From: Tubulanus polymorphus
Lineage: Eukaryota; Animalia; Nemertea
DNA: 64,000 nucleotides
Direction of reading: 5' to 3'
Assembly (NCBI RefSeq): GCF_964204645.1
Contig: NC_134036.1
Span: forward strand, 4,742,600 to 4,806,599
The position numbers and the translations under genes are program-made. The notes beneath the pieces are model-generated. The model was not told the DNA's origin. It made no database searches and worked only from the letters and a program-made list of their open reading frames with translations. Every line of letters begins with the position of its first letter. The first letter of the stretch is position 1. Shown here one piece after another: positions 63,442 through 64,000 of this stretch.

Positions 63442-63957
63442 AGTAAAACTGAATTGAAAGAATCCGGCCTTAGAATACATAAGTATTCGAACTTTTTAGT
63501 TTGTGGATTTATAATATGTAGTGATAGAAAATTATGCGGCCACGAAAACTTGACCCTGTCGATAAGATGACTGAATAAATTATCTACAGAATATATTTAA
63601 ACATAACTAATAGAACAGAGGCACAAGATATTTATGAAACGCATTGAAACTCCTGAAAACATCCCTGGATCTAGGGAAATTGAGAAGGCGGAGTTCAGAA
63701 GAGAACAAAGGCATCTCTCGGGCAAAGCAGCAGCCGTGTCGTCCCGAGCACCTACCCGTATACAACACGAGAGATTATACTCACGATGAATTATCGAACG
63801 ACGAAAACACTGTGGAACGATGAACTACTTAAACATTAAAACATTTATTCATCATTGAAATACAACTCGTACATTTTGGACATTTTCGTCACTCATACGA
63901 GCCTGTAGTAAGTAGACGAAGTTAAGTTTTCAACCACAGCCTTATTTTAGAAGACTA

Positions 63958-64000
63958 GGCGGGTTCCATAGTCATGGCTTAGACTTAAGACCAGTCTACG
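63958..64000 (+). mobile_element. Left end of a MITE of the 6693 family (runs off window)
   Basis: GGCGGGTTCCATAGTCATGGCTTAGACTTAAGACCAGTCTA matches 6694-6734; it is absent at the paralogous site ~61055. Confidence 0.8.

Overview
Animal (invertebrate, probably spiralian; inferred) genomic DNA dominated by an interleaved two-family GPCR cluster. (1) Four tandem minus-strand paralogs of a giant (~1,930-2,050 aa) GRL101-like receptor. The ORF track splits each into three or four pieces, but short phase-0 GT-AG introns join each into one 3-exon gene: signal peptide - CUB/CUB-like domains - two C-type lectin-like domains - 7-10 LDLa modules - LRRs - hinge - class A 7TM. Copy 2 has an internal 3-LDLa duplication and copy 4 has a +1 homopolymer frameshift. 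(2) Five intronless FMRFamide/sex-peptide-receptor-like class A GPCR paralogs: three intact, one interrupted only by an in-frame TGA at a conserved Trp, and one internally deleted pseudogene. They share conserved upstream motifs. Also present: a 2-exon ~1,400 aa low-complexity polyQ protein gene, a decayed AT-rich insert resembling a Polinton/Maverick/adintovirus minor-capsid (penton) region, several MITEs, a Penelope/retrozyme-type hammerhead repeat family, a recent ~4.5-5 kb duplication in which one copy grew a 510-bp microsatellite, and a perfect inverted repeat around a (TA)n tract. Family assignments come from motif recognition by eye, not database searches.
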